64,000 nt of DNA from an uncultured archaeon (GTDB taxonomy: Archaea > Asgardarchaeota > Thorarchaeia > Thorarchaeales > Thorarchaeaceae): positions 1 to 64,000 of the forward strand of contig CAZLEV010000012.1 of NCBI GenBank assembly GCA_964558645.1, given 5' to 3'. Position numbers and translations under genes: made by a program. Within the stretch, counting starts at the first letter, position 1; each line of letters opens with the position of its first letter. Under the pieces are notes generated by a model. The model saw nothing but the letters and a program-made list of their open reading frames with translations, was not told the origin of the DNA and did not search any database. Below, in pieces: positions 39,000-48,482 of this stretch.

Positions 39000-39671
39000 T
39001 TGCCAAGTCCCGAATGGAAACGTTTCATGGCCGATTACTACGGTGATCCATACATGATGTGGCATGACGGGATTGATGAGAAGTCAGTTACCCGTCTGAC
39101 AGGTGATGAAAGATCCAGGGCTGAAGAAATGCTCATCAGTTCTCTTGAAGAAGGGAATCACTACGCAGCAATAGGACTGCGAGAGCTGAAGTCAACTAGA
39201 GCTCTCCCTGTTCTCGAACGGCTTCTACCATCGAGTGCAGGGAATTTCAGAATTCAGATTGCTGTTGCCCTATGTATGATTAAGGACTCCCTCGAGTACG
39301 TTGGTCATGTAATCGCTGTTCTCAAGAGCTCTGCTTTTTGGTCATACAGAATAGATGCAGCCAGGGCACTCAGAAGGTATCCCAGCGAACAGGTTGTCCA
39401 AGCTCTATTCGAGGCGGTAGCGAACGACCCGGACTATCTTGTGAGAAACCATGCCTCCGAAACCATTCTCTTTCTGCATGGCATGCCCCCAAGAATAACA
39501 GATCACAAGGAGATCTTTCAACACATGATAGTCGAGTTTGAGGAAAACGACGAAGAATCAGTCAAATCGGCGTTTGTCCACTATCAGATATGTGCAGACT
39601 TGCTTCGAAAACTCATTGAGCGTGAAGGAGAGCTCCGCAACGAATCCATTGTTGAGGACATCTGGCAGTGA
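39000..39671 (+). CDS. HEAT/PBS-lyase-like repeat protein
   Basis: RIDAARAL, NDPDYLVRNHA. Confidence 0.7.
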   Translation: MPSPEWKRFMADYYGDPYMMWHDGIDEKSVTRLTGDERSRAEEMLISSLEEGNHYAAIGLRELKSTRALPVLERLLPSSAGNFRIQIAVALCMIKDSLEYVGHVIAVLKSSAFWSYRIDAARALRRYPSEQVVQALFEAVANDPDYLVRNHASETILFLHGMPPRITDHKEIFQHMIVEFEENDEESVKSAFVHYQICADLLRKLIEREGELRNESIVEDIWQ

Positions 39672-39909
39672 TCTCTGCTAAAACTCGATTGTTCTTAGGG
39701 TGCACCAGTAGCCACAGGAATCTTGAGCAGCTCGTTCTCTGTGACCTAGTGCACCAACGTGGCCCGTGCCTTTACTCGTTGTGTTCTGTTCTTAAGCCAG
39801 ATGCACGATTATCCCGACTACATGCATTCCTTACAAGTTCCCGTTGAGCTTGCGGTAGCTTGAATACACACAATCGTATCTTGAGACTTAGATGTGGAGA
39901 GAATAGGAA

Positions 39910-40560
39910 ATGCAGGAGCTGCTATCACCACTCGTCACCTTACTTGCTGCTACAATAATTCTCTTCGGATGCATCATCTCGCGGAACTCCAAGAGTGAAG
40001 ATAGTGTGGAGCAGGAGGAGAGTTGGCTATCTGAGGTCTTCACAGAAGAAGTGGAGGATGGCGGATCCCAGCGTAACGGCACATCTTTGCTACTGGAACG
40101 GATAGATGAACTGACCGATAGAATCTCAGACACAGCATCATTTGAAACTGAAAAGTGGAATGAGAGAGCTGCTGAGAGAGATCTCGAGGCGCTTCTCAAG
40201 AGAATCTATAGCATAGCAGACCGAATCCGTCACCAGACTCCAGATGTTGAACTACCCGAGACCCCAGATGCACTTGATATGGCTCTGGAAACAGTAAGAG
40301 TGCGTATGCTGCAGGCTAGAGAGGATATCCGAAGACGAACCGAGGGGGAGAGAGAGTATTATCAGAGAGTGACTCTCCTCAATCAGGCGGTTCTTCAAGT
40401 AAAGAGCGGGATGAAGACAGGTGAAGAGGGGCGAGAGATTGTAAGAGAAGCCTTGGAAAACCTAAAGGCCAGAGAGGTCCAGCCCTGTTTTTCAAGGCAA
40501 CTCCTTCGTCGCGCTGAGAGAGCAAAGAGAGAGGCTCATAATATCTTACACAGTGCCTGA
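39910..40560 (+). CDS. N-terminally membrane-anchored helical protein (paralog 1)
   Basis: Single N-terminal TM; C-terminal 88 aa shared with the next gene. Confidence 0.75.
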   Translation: MQELLSPLVTLLAATIILFGCIISRNSKSEDSVEQEESWLSEVFTEEVEDGGSQRNGTSLLLERIDELTDRISDTASFETEKWNERAAERDLEALLKRIYSIADRIRHQTPDVELPETPDALDMALETVRVRMLQAREDIRRRTEGEREYYQRVTLLNQAVLQVKSGMKTGEEGREIVREALENLKAREVQPCFSRQLLRRAERAKREAHNILHSA

Positions 40561-40682
40561 ACTTCTGAACCTTCATCGTATGCTGGACAAACTTGCATAC
40601 CAAGAACGGTTCGAGTCGGTTCATGCTTGCCAGTACGAAAAGATTATCTCAGGCCCATTTGATGAATAGGTGAGGAAAAAGC

Positions 40683-41552
40683 TTGCAGACACCTGGGTCG
40701 CCAGATCTCTTACTGCTGGCACTGACAGTCATACTTGCAACGGTTGTACTGGTAGTCCTTCTCCGAAAACACCTTACACGTACTGAGAAAGAATTTGGAG
40801 AGCCTTTCGAAAAGGAGCCAGAGCTGTCAGCGGACGTTTCTCCTGATACTCTTCCAGAAACAGAAGACTCCACAAAAGTACTCCGATGGCTGAAGGAAGA
40901 AAAGGCACAAGTCCGAAAGGATCTGGACAATGACGAATTCAAGGGGGCTGCACACAAAGCAAGACACCTACTGCAGGTCTTAGATGAGCACGATGATGCA
41001 GAGACCCTCCTAGGTCCCGAGAAGTACAGAGCAGTCCGTGATGAGCTAGATCACATGATCCTGATGGCCGAATTTAATATGCGCTCTCAAGATGTCCGAA
41101 GACTCTCGAAAAAAATGCTAGAGATCGCACACCAGGATATGGATGAGTGGAATCAGGATGTGGCGGAGAAGGAACTAAACGAATGGCTCGAGAAGTGCTA
41201 TGCAGTCACCGATAAGCTCACGGATATGCTCGTGAACCTAGGAGAGACCCACCTCGCTGATGATCTTAAAGAGATCCGTGAACTCGTTCGGTTAAGGGTC
41301 CTTGAAGCCCGAGAAGATATGAGGAAACGAACCGAGGCAGAGAGAGAGTATTACCAGCGAGTCACGCTCTTGAATCAGGCCATACTTCAGGTAAGGAGTG
41401 GTCTAAAGAGTACTGAAGAAGGCAGAGAGATTGTGAGAAAGACCTTAGAGAATCTGGAGGCTTACCCAGTTCAACCATACTTCTCAAAACAACTCAAGCG
41501 TCGCGCTGAGAAAGCCAAGGAAGAGGCTCGTGACCTCCTGCATAGCATGTGA
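40683..41552 (+). CDS. N-terminally membrane-anchored helical protein (paralog 2)
   Basis: Single N-terminal TM; shares EREYYQRVTLLNQA...EEGREIVR...VQP.FS.QL.RRAE. Confidence 0.75.
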   Translation: MQTPGSPDLLLLALTVILATVVLVVLLRKHLTRTEKEFGEPFEKEPELSADVSPDTLPETEDSTKVLRWLKEEKAQVRKDLDNDEFKGAAHKARHLLQVLDEHDDAETLLGPEKYRAVRDELDHMILMAEFNMRSQDVRRLSKKMLEIAHQDMDEWNQDVAEKELNEWLEKCYAVTDKLTDMLVNLGETHLADDLKEIRELVRLRVLEAREDMRKRTEAEREYYQRVTLLNQAILQVRSGLKSTEEGREIVRKTLENLEAYPVQPYFSKQLKRRAEKAKEEARDLLHSM

Positions 41553-41579
41553 GAAGCTGCTGTAAGACTCAGAGCAGGA

Positions 41580-42794
41580 CTAACCAATTTCTGTTCCCGG
41601 ATTGTTCGTCGTGGAGAACAGCCGACCCCCTATGAATATGACCAGAAGAGACAGTAGTTCGATAACTGACGCAAGCACAAAGGCCGTGATGAAATCCGCA
41701 TAGAGGAGAGCTAGTCCAAGAACAACAGGCCCGGCAATCATCCCGATGTTCCCGAAGAGGTTGAACAGCCCCATCCCGGTTGCACTATCGACAGGAGAAA
41801 CAGAGTCTCCGATCCATGCCATGGTAGGAGGAGCTGTAAAACCTGAGAAGATGCCCAGGAATATCAATGTCACAATGAGAGCGGAGAGGGATAGATGGCC
41901 AGCGACCCCCACCAATCCAAGAACCAATGCGTAGGAAACACTCCCGAAGATCACGAGTTTACGCCTTCCGATTCTGTCAGACATTCGGCCGACTGGATAT
42001 TGTAGAAGGATGAATGGTGTCGCAAAGAGACCGAGGATCATTCCACGGAGCGACTCAGAAACCCCCAGAAGCTGAACCAGCATTAGTGGAAGCGCCGTCA
42101 ACAAGAAACCCATATGCAGTCGGTCTACGAAGTTGACAGTACAAGGAATCACAACCTGTGGGGACCGCTTCGCAAGAAGCACGCTTTGAGTCACAGATGG
42201 ACGAGACTCCAGATGTCGGGGTTCACCTATCCCTGCAAATCCAACGATGAATACGGTGAGGCTGAGAATTGCAGCGCCGTAGTAAGGAAGGAAGACACCC
42301 TGTTCCGCCAACACACCTCCAACAATTGGTCCCGTACCCATAGCGGCGGCCATGAATGCTCCAAAGATGCCCATGTTCTTGCCTCGATTCTCAGAAGTGG
42401 AGTTATCGAGAACAAGTGTCATCAAGGTCTGCCAGACCAACACCGTGAACGCTCCCTGAGTGAATCTGAGAATGAGCAGCAAAGAGTAATCGAGCACCGT
42501 AGTCATAAGCCAGTAGAATACCGATGCGCCAAGAGCGCCTGTCACCACGAGCATCTTCCTCTTCCCGTACCTATCAGAGAGAAGACCGCCTATCAGTCCG
42601 AAGATCAGGTACGAGAGGTAGAGCACTGTATCAAAGAGCGAGTACTGAAACTCTGACACTGCTGGAAATCTTGCGAGAATGAACTCCGGCTCATTTGTGT
42701 AGAGTAATGCCGCTCCAGTCACAGTGAACAAGACCAGGATGCCTAAAAGCACAACCTGTTTGGCTTCTGTCAAATCTTCTTGCCTTGCCTCCAT
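41580..42794 (-). CDS. MFS transporter
   Basis: GLLSDRYGKRK, GRMSDRIGRRK; likely start MEARQ. Confidence 0.9.
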   Translation of the reverse strand: MEARQEDLTEAKQVVLLGILVLFTVTGAALLYTNEPEFILARFPAVSEFQYSLFDTVLYLSYLIFGLIGGLLSDRYGKRKMLVVTGALGASVFYWLMTTVLDYSLLLILRFTQGAFTVLVWQTLMTLVLDNSTSENRGKNMGIFGAFMAAAMGTGPIVGGVLAEQGVFLPYYGAAILSLTVFIVGFAGIGEPRHLESRPSVTQSVLLAKRSPQVVIPCTVNFVDRLHMGFLLTALPLMLVQLLGVSESLRGMILGLFATPFILLQYPVGRMSDRIGRRKLVIFGSVSYALVLGLVGVAGHLSLSALIVTLIFLGIFSGFTAPPTMAWIGDSVSPVDSATGMGLFNLFGNIGMIAGPVVLGLALLYADFITAFVLASVIELLSLLVIFIGGRLFSTTNNPGTEIG

Positions 42795-43788
42795 CTTTAC
42801 CAGAAACATTCCACACATTGACGTGATAATAAAGCTCGCCATTCCGTCCAAGGCCAATTCTGCCCTAACATTAGAATCTCCCTTGTCCACAATAGCTGTC
42901 GATTTTTCGAATACCATCTTCATTGAGTGTCAAAAGAGTATTCACAATAGTTACTTTTAATCAAATGCTCACCGATGCAGTTATGTCTTCATGCTCCTTT
43001 ACTTGTCCTTATACGTACCAAATATCGGACTATAAAACCAACAACTGTTTAGACTTAGTATCGATATATCAATATAATCAACGTCATAGATTTACCAATT
43101 CTTGCCGCTCGAGATCAGGCATCCTGATACTAATAGATGAAACCAAAATCGCACCACATACTCACTTATCATGTTATAGTGTCTGCTCACCAGGAAGGCA
43201 AGCAAATAGGGGGGATTATCCTCGTGAAAGCTACCCAATACACACCTACTGAGTATGGATCAGCCATAGGTTCCGCCTTTTAGTCTGCATCTGTACCCAG
43301 AAAATAAATACAAATCATTAGGTGGCTGGAGTAGCTCTTGGAGAATGTATCCAAGAACCAGCTCTTCGATTAGCAGTACATTGCCAGCCGATTAGGAGTT
43401 AAGACGCGAAATGGGCTCCTCCACCTTCCTCTGAATTCCGTTGAATGTCAATGAGTGAAAGGAATATCTATCAAAACTGTGTTAGTATAAATCTTTGTGT
43501 AATATAATGGCTACGTAGAAGTCTTTCGAAAAATCGTCAGGAAATGAGTGTTGAGCGGCGTTTCGTAGTATGTGAGAACTGAGGGATCGAAATTAAAGGG
43601 CGACTAGAAGAAGCAGGAGGGGGTTATCACGTATTCATTTATAACGCATTTCGCTCTGTAGGCTGTACGTCCACTTAGATTGAACCCAAGCGACAGAAAG
43701 ATAAGAGAGTATGTCGTGAACAGGACAACTGACCGCCTCGTGTCAAGGGACTACTAGTGCGAAAGCAGCAAGGGACGTACAGGGAGAA

Positions 43789-44151
43789 ATGGTGTCCATA
43801 TTCATAATCGACGATGAAGCGATTCTTCACAGATTGTATAAGGACGTGTTTGCAATCAAGGGACACCATGTTGTAGCTGATGCTTTTGATGGCGAAGAAG
43901 CGATCAGGACCTATGAGAATCTTGAGCCAAGACCCGACGTAATCATCCTGGACCATAGAATGCCAAACAAGGATGGTCTCGAAGCAATGTCTGAGATTCT
44001 AAGTATAGATCCCGATGCTCGGATAGTCTTCATCAGCGCAGATGCAAATGTCAGAGATCAAGCACTCAGAGGCGGGGCTGTGAGTTTTGGGCTGAAACCG
44101 GTCACAATCAGACATATGTTGGACTTGGTTGAAGGCGCCGCTGGCGACTGA
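43789..44151 (+). CDS. Single-domain response regulator (CheY-like)
   Basis: IIDD, ILDHRMPNKDG, ISA, KP. Confidence 0.93.
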   Translation: MVSIFIIDDEAILHRLYKDVFAIKGHHVVADAFDGEEAIRTYENLEPRPDVIILDHRMPNKDGLEAMSEILSIDPDARIVFISADANVRDQALRGGAVSFGLKPVTIRHMLDLVEGAAGD

Positions 44152-44572
44152 ATCTTCCATTGAATCCTCGATTTCGAGGGAGGGATCTGCTATCCTCGGC
44201 CAAGATAGAGCTAAGACTGTGGTCATAGCGGGAGAGATACCGTTTCTTAGGTCCCTTCTTAAGATTGCAATAGAAGACGAAGCATTTCAGGTGGTAGGAG
44301 AAGCTTCATCGAGCGATGAGTTACTAACCAAATGCAGAAACCTCGAGCCCGCAATCGTGATTCTGGACTTGGAAATCAATGAGGAGGAAGGCCTTCGTCT
44401 CATAGAATCGATTCTGGACATCAATCCATCTACTACTGTCATAGCACTATCAGAACCGGGACGGGGTCTGGGAGAGAGTGCATTTGCAGCAGGCGCACGG
44501 GGGATACTACAGAAACCGTTCACCACATTCGATCTGGTAGATATCCTTCGAAAAGTCGCACCTCTGAAATAG
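44129..44572 (+). CDS. Atypical single-domain response regulator
   Basis: Acidic DD pair replaced by GE; ILDL, LS and QKPF retained. Confidence 0.8.
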   Translation: MKAPLATESSIESSISREGSAILGQDRAKTVVIAGEIPFLRSLLKIAIEDEAFQVVGEASSSDELLTKCRNLEPAIVILDLEINEEEGLRLIESILDINPSTTVIALSEPGRGLGESAFAAGARGILQKPFTTFDLVDILRKVAPLK

Positions 44573-44720
44573 CACCAGCAACGTAGCATATAACCTACAA
44601 GGAATGCGAAGAGATATCCTAGAATCCTTTTTTTGGCCACATGTCTTCAGCCAGCGTCAGAGGACTAGTGCAGATACTACGCGAGGATTCAGATCAGCAG
44701 AAATGGATGACTGACCAAGA

Positions 44721-46304
44721 GTGACAACAAATCCAGTAATCCCGGAATTCATCATGTACAACACCGGACTCACGAGAGATGAAACCAAGTACTTACGTGA
44801 GTCAATCAAAGCACAGGCTAGTAGCGGGAAGGATAGATTCAGACTCTTCACGGATGTACTGATCAATTTCATTGAAAACGAAGACTGGGAGGAAGCCTCA
44901 TCTGATATGCTGGCTATATGCGGTAAGGCCGCCTATCTGCGAGGAAGATATGATCTCAATGAGGTCCTCTCCAATAGCTGCCAAAACCTTGCATGTCGAG
45001 GCTATGCAGCTGCTTCATTCTGTACCCAGAGTCTTGACCCCCGATGGCTTAACAACCTTCGAAACTACGTCAACCACGCATGGCAATCTAAGAGGTATGT
45101 GGTCTTCGCTGAACTGGTCGGCAAGCTGTCGGAGGTATTGATGAACCTCGGTTATGCAGACCAAGCCAGGACCATTGCAGAGGATGGCATTGAACGTGTC
45201 ACTGAATCCACCAAAGCGGATGAGAATCTTCGTTCCAAAGTTCAGGCAGCTCTACTTGAAACAAGACTGATACTTGCTCATCTCGCTGGCCTGGCAAAGA
45301 AGAGAGATGAGGCAATTCTTCGACTCAACTCCGCAGAGGAAACAGCAAAACTCCTTGATCACATCCTCGCGTTAACGGACATAGCATACTACCGAGCAAA
45401 TGTGTTGACATATAGCCATGAATACGAGAAGTCCCTCAGCTATCTCAGGTCATGCATCGGAAAATACGAGCGGATGGGAGTATTGCAGGGAGTTGCCAAT
45501 GCAAGAAACCTAAGAGGCATCATATATCTGAATCTTGGTCAATTGCAGGATGCAAGAGACCAGTTTGAGGAGCTTCTACTAGTTCAGCAGCAGCTTAACA
45601 ATCAGATTGGCCTGGCTAAGACCCTGATTAACGTCGGAGAGGTTGACAAGGCGCTTGGACAGCTCGAGCAGATGGAAAGCTACAACCAACGAGCTTTGGA
45701 GATCAGTCAAGAAGCCGAGTATATGCGAGGAATGGCCATTGCAAAAACAAATCTGGGCGATGTAGCACTTCGAAAGGGAGAATTCAGCAAGGCAATAGGT
45801 CTCTATAAGGAGGTCATGAATATTGCCGATAGGGCAGGTCTACTCGCAATACACATGGCCGTGCTATTTCAGCTAGGCGACACATACCATCTACAATGCA
45901 ACATGAATCAGGCAATGCATGCATATTCCAAGGCAAGGAAGGTCGCTGAGGAGATATTATATCCTCTCGCACAGTATCACGCTGATGTCAGTGAACTTAT
46001 CTCTACTCTCAGTACAGACACAGCACCTTCCTCAGAACTCATTGAGAAGATAAGGAAGAGTCTTCCAGACCGCAAGATATGGGATGAGGCCGGTGATTCA
46101 ACTCCAATGATAGAGGTACGAAGAAAAGTGTTTGATGACAGTTCGATTGATAGCGACTTGTGCATCTTCTTTGATCCGGAGAAGAACTACGAGTGTAGAG
46201 TCGAACGGACTGCTCTCGAAAAGGAGTGTTTCGGGAACCTTTACTGGATGGGCGGGCTATGTCCCCACTTCAATGAGTTCCTTGATACGCTCAAGTCCCT
46301 GTGA
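44721..46304 (+). CDS. TPR-repeat protein with a C-terminal 4-Cys segment
   Basis: Repeated A....NLG.....G....A...Y..AL units; tail LC...EC...EC...LCPHF. Confidence 0.85.
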   Translation: MTTNPVIPEFIMYNTGLTRDETKYLRESIKAQASSGKDRFRLFTDVLINFIENEDWEEASSDMLAICGKAAYLRGRYDLNEVLSNSCQNLACRGYAAASFCTQSLDPRWLNNLRNYVNHAWQSKRYVVFAELVGKLSEVLMNLGYADQARTIAEDGIERVTESTKADENLRSKVQAALLETRLILAHLAGLAKKRDEAILRLNSAEETAKLLDHILALTDIAYYRANVLTYSHEYEKSLSYLRSCIGKYERMGVLQGVANARNLRGIIYLNLGQLQDARDQFEELLLVQQQLNNQIGLAKTLINVGEVDKALGQLEQMESYNQRALEISQEAEYMRGMAIAKTNLGDVALRKGEFSKAIGLYKEVMNIADRAGLLAIHMAVLFQLGDTYHLQCNMNQAMHAYSKARKVAEEILYPLAQYHADVSELISTLSTDTAPSSELIEKIRKSLPDRKIWDEAGDSTPMIEVRRKVFDDSSIDSDLCIFFDPEKNYECRVERTALEKECFGNLYWMGGLCPHFNEFLDTLKSL

Positions 46305-46430
46305 ATGCAGTGGTCAACTAAGCAATGGTATGAAGCATAGCTTCGTTCTTAAGGGGGATATGCAACCGTTTCACAGCACGAATACCCCCTGGCCCAGGAG
46401 GCTCAAGTGTGGTTGAAGAGGAATGCAGCC

Positions 46431-46835
46431 ATGAACGACGAAGCCAAAGAGAAGACAATCCTAATAGTTGATGACGAGAAGGTAACTGTCAAGCTGGCAA
46501 AGACTCTTTTTGAACGTCATGGATTCAATGTTCTCACTGCTTATGACGGCAGTGAAGCACTGAGAGTAGCTGAATCCGGCCGACCGGACCTCATTCTACT
46601 TGATGTGATGCTCCCAGAACTCGACGGGTTTGAGGTCTGTCGGAGACTTCGGTCTCAGACTACCTTTGAAAAGACTCCAATCCTTATGTTTACTGCACGA
46701 GGGCTGATGGAAGACAGAGAGAAAGGAAAGGAGCTCGGCGCTGATGAATACATAGTCAAGCCGTTCCAGGGCAGCGAACTGGTTGAGATTATCAAGAAAC
46801 ATCTGGCAACACCCCACGAGTCACCCAAGAATTGA
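46431..46835 (+). CDS. Single-domain response regulator
   Basis: IVDD, LLDVMLPELDG, FTA, GADEYIVKPF. Confidence 0.95.
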   Translation: MNDEAKEKTILIVDDEKVTVKLAKTLFERHGFNVLTAYDGSEALRVAESGRPDLILLDVMLPELDGFEVCRRLRSQTTFEKTPILMFTARGLMEDREKGKELGADEYIVKPFQGSELVEIIKKHLATPHESPKN

Positions 46836-47085
46836 ATGGCAACTATGATGCCCAACAGGGGTGGCTTCATTCTCAGTCACTCTGTTAATCTCTGAGAACG
46901 ACATCGTTCGCCTCCCGAAACATAACGTCAGGCTAAACTGACAACACCTTCGATGAATGCCGTTCTCTTTTTTTCTGGGAAGATATGAAATGTCGTATGT
47001 GGATGAGCTAGGCACGTGGCTCTGCTCAAGACATAATCGCTCTAAGGCAGCATATCACATTAGAGCCGATGTTTCGACTTCACCT

Positions 47086-47772
47086 TTATTCTCTCTGAGG
47101 TTCATCAATTCGATCCATGAAATCGTCAAAGAGCTGAAGTATCTCGTTAACGGACTGAGCCCATGTCCTCCTCACGATATCGGTGGTTTCGGGAACTCCT
47201 CGCTTCACAGGATTCAGGATTGAACGTAGCTCTCTACATGTATCAGAGTCAAAGGAGCAATCCGACAGTATCTGTTCAATCCGGGCAATGACCTGACCGC
47301 GTTTGTATGCATATCTCATCCTCTCTTCATCAAGCTCTGAGAGTCTTCCATTTATCTTCCCGAGATCATCCAGGAGATGTCGGATTTCCTGCACTTCTGC
47401 CAACTGTCTTCCTCGAGTCTTCGATTTCGGTTCCAGCTCTAGAAAGGAGGTCTTACCTGGACTCAGCCTAATGACAAATGAGTTGGGGAGAATAGTGGTT
47501 GAGAGACCAAAGCTAACAGTGAGAGTGTAGTATGTGCGATCAGGTCCTACATCACTTGCCCCAGCCTTGTGGCTCACAAGCCCAGCATCCTCCAGAGCCT
47601 CAAGATGCTTTAGGACAACCCGACGATTCATGTCGAGGAGCTTACTCAATTCGTATGGATAGCGCCGTCCTTGAGCAAGCAGTCTCAGGATTCTGCGTCT
47701 TGTCGTGTGACCTAAGGCCTTGAAGACCTTGTCCAAGTCATATTGCTCGTCAGTGGACATTCCAATCACCAC
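47086..47772 (-). CDS. ArsR-family wHTH regulator with coiled coil (archaeal Phr/HSR1-like)
   Basis: FKALGHTTRRRILRLL...ELS...VLKHLEALEDAGLV...GPDRTYY. Confidence 0.85.
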   Translation of the reverse strand: MVIGMSTDEQYDLDKVFKALGHTTRRRILRLLAQGRRYPYELSKLLDMNRRVVLKHLEALEDAGLVSHKAGASDVGPDRTYYTLTVSFGLSTTILPNSFVIRLSPGKTSFLELEPKSKTRGRQLAEVQEIRHLLDDLGKINGRLSELDEERMRYAYKRGQVIARIEQILSDCSFDSDTCRELRSILNPVKRGVPETTDIVRRTWAQSVNEILQLFDDFMDRIDEPQRE

Positions 47773-47773
47773 A

Positions 47774-47980
47774 TCAATAGTCTGTATGTTCTTCTGAGCT
47801 GTCCATTACAGGGAGTCTACTCCGTTCCACGCAGTGCAGAGAAACACCACCCACTCTCGAAGAAGCGTGTCCGGCTGCTATCAAGATGGATGATGTCCAT
47901 TCAGGGGAATTGGCTTTCTCTTCTTTTGAGAGTAAGGTCTCCATGTAGTTCACTGTCTTCCCGTTCAGTCTCAGTTCCAA
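47774..47980 (-). CDS. Small hypothetical protein
   Basis: 68-aa ORF ending 1 nt before the regulator start; TTG start. Confidence 0.35.
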   Translation of the reverse strand: MELRLNGKTVNYMETLLSKEEKANSPEWTSSILIAAGHASSRVGGVSLHCVERSRLPVMDSSEEHTDY

Positions 47981-48126
47981 TTAATCAGACTCTAGTGTCT
48001 GTTTAGTCCCTAGCATTAAAAACGATTCGTTAGTAACAAAAGAACCAAACTGAATCAGACCGTTGGAAAAGAACAGCTCTTAGGAAACATCATGCTAAGC
48101 AGATCCACATAACATTGAGAGAGCGG

Positions 48127-48411
48127 TTAACTAGGCTCGTCGGCATTGACTGCGTCTGTGATATTGTCCCGTTTGTCGTATAGAGGGCCATGCCCTGTCA
48201 GGAACCCAGATGCAACGCCCTCCTTGGAGGAGATAACCGGTCTTGATGCTCGTACAAGTAGATACCTCAGGAACTGGAGATCTGTGACTTTCTCTCCAAC
48301 GCGGCGTTGGTATCGCATTTTCTCCTCTTCCCACGCGAGAACGTCATGTTCTGTGAGCCCTTTCAGTAGCTTGTTCTTTGAACCCTTAACCTGCCTCAAA
48401 TTCGTCACCAA
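48127..48411 (-). CDS. Small hypothetical protein
   Basis: 94-aa ORF flanked by identical 10-mers GTTAACTAGG. Confidence 0.45.
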   Translation of the reverse strand: MVTNLRQVKGSKNKLLKGLTEHDVLAWEEEKMRYQRRVGEKVTDLQFLRYLLVRASRPVISSKEGVASGFLTGHGPLYDKRDNITDAVNADEPS

Positions 48412-48482
48412 GTTAACTAGGTTAGAGGGTTAACCATCTATAGTTCTCTGTACTATCGGCGTCATACTCCGAAAACAGAAAA

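Noticed and set aside
44287-44640. Minus-strand ORF starting MAKKRILGYLFAFLVGY, considered as a Phr-like signalling peptide for the TPR protein
   Set aside because: It is mostly antisense to the receiver gene and has no independent support.
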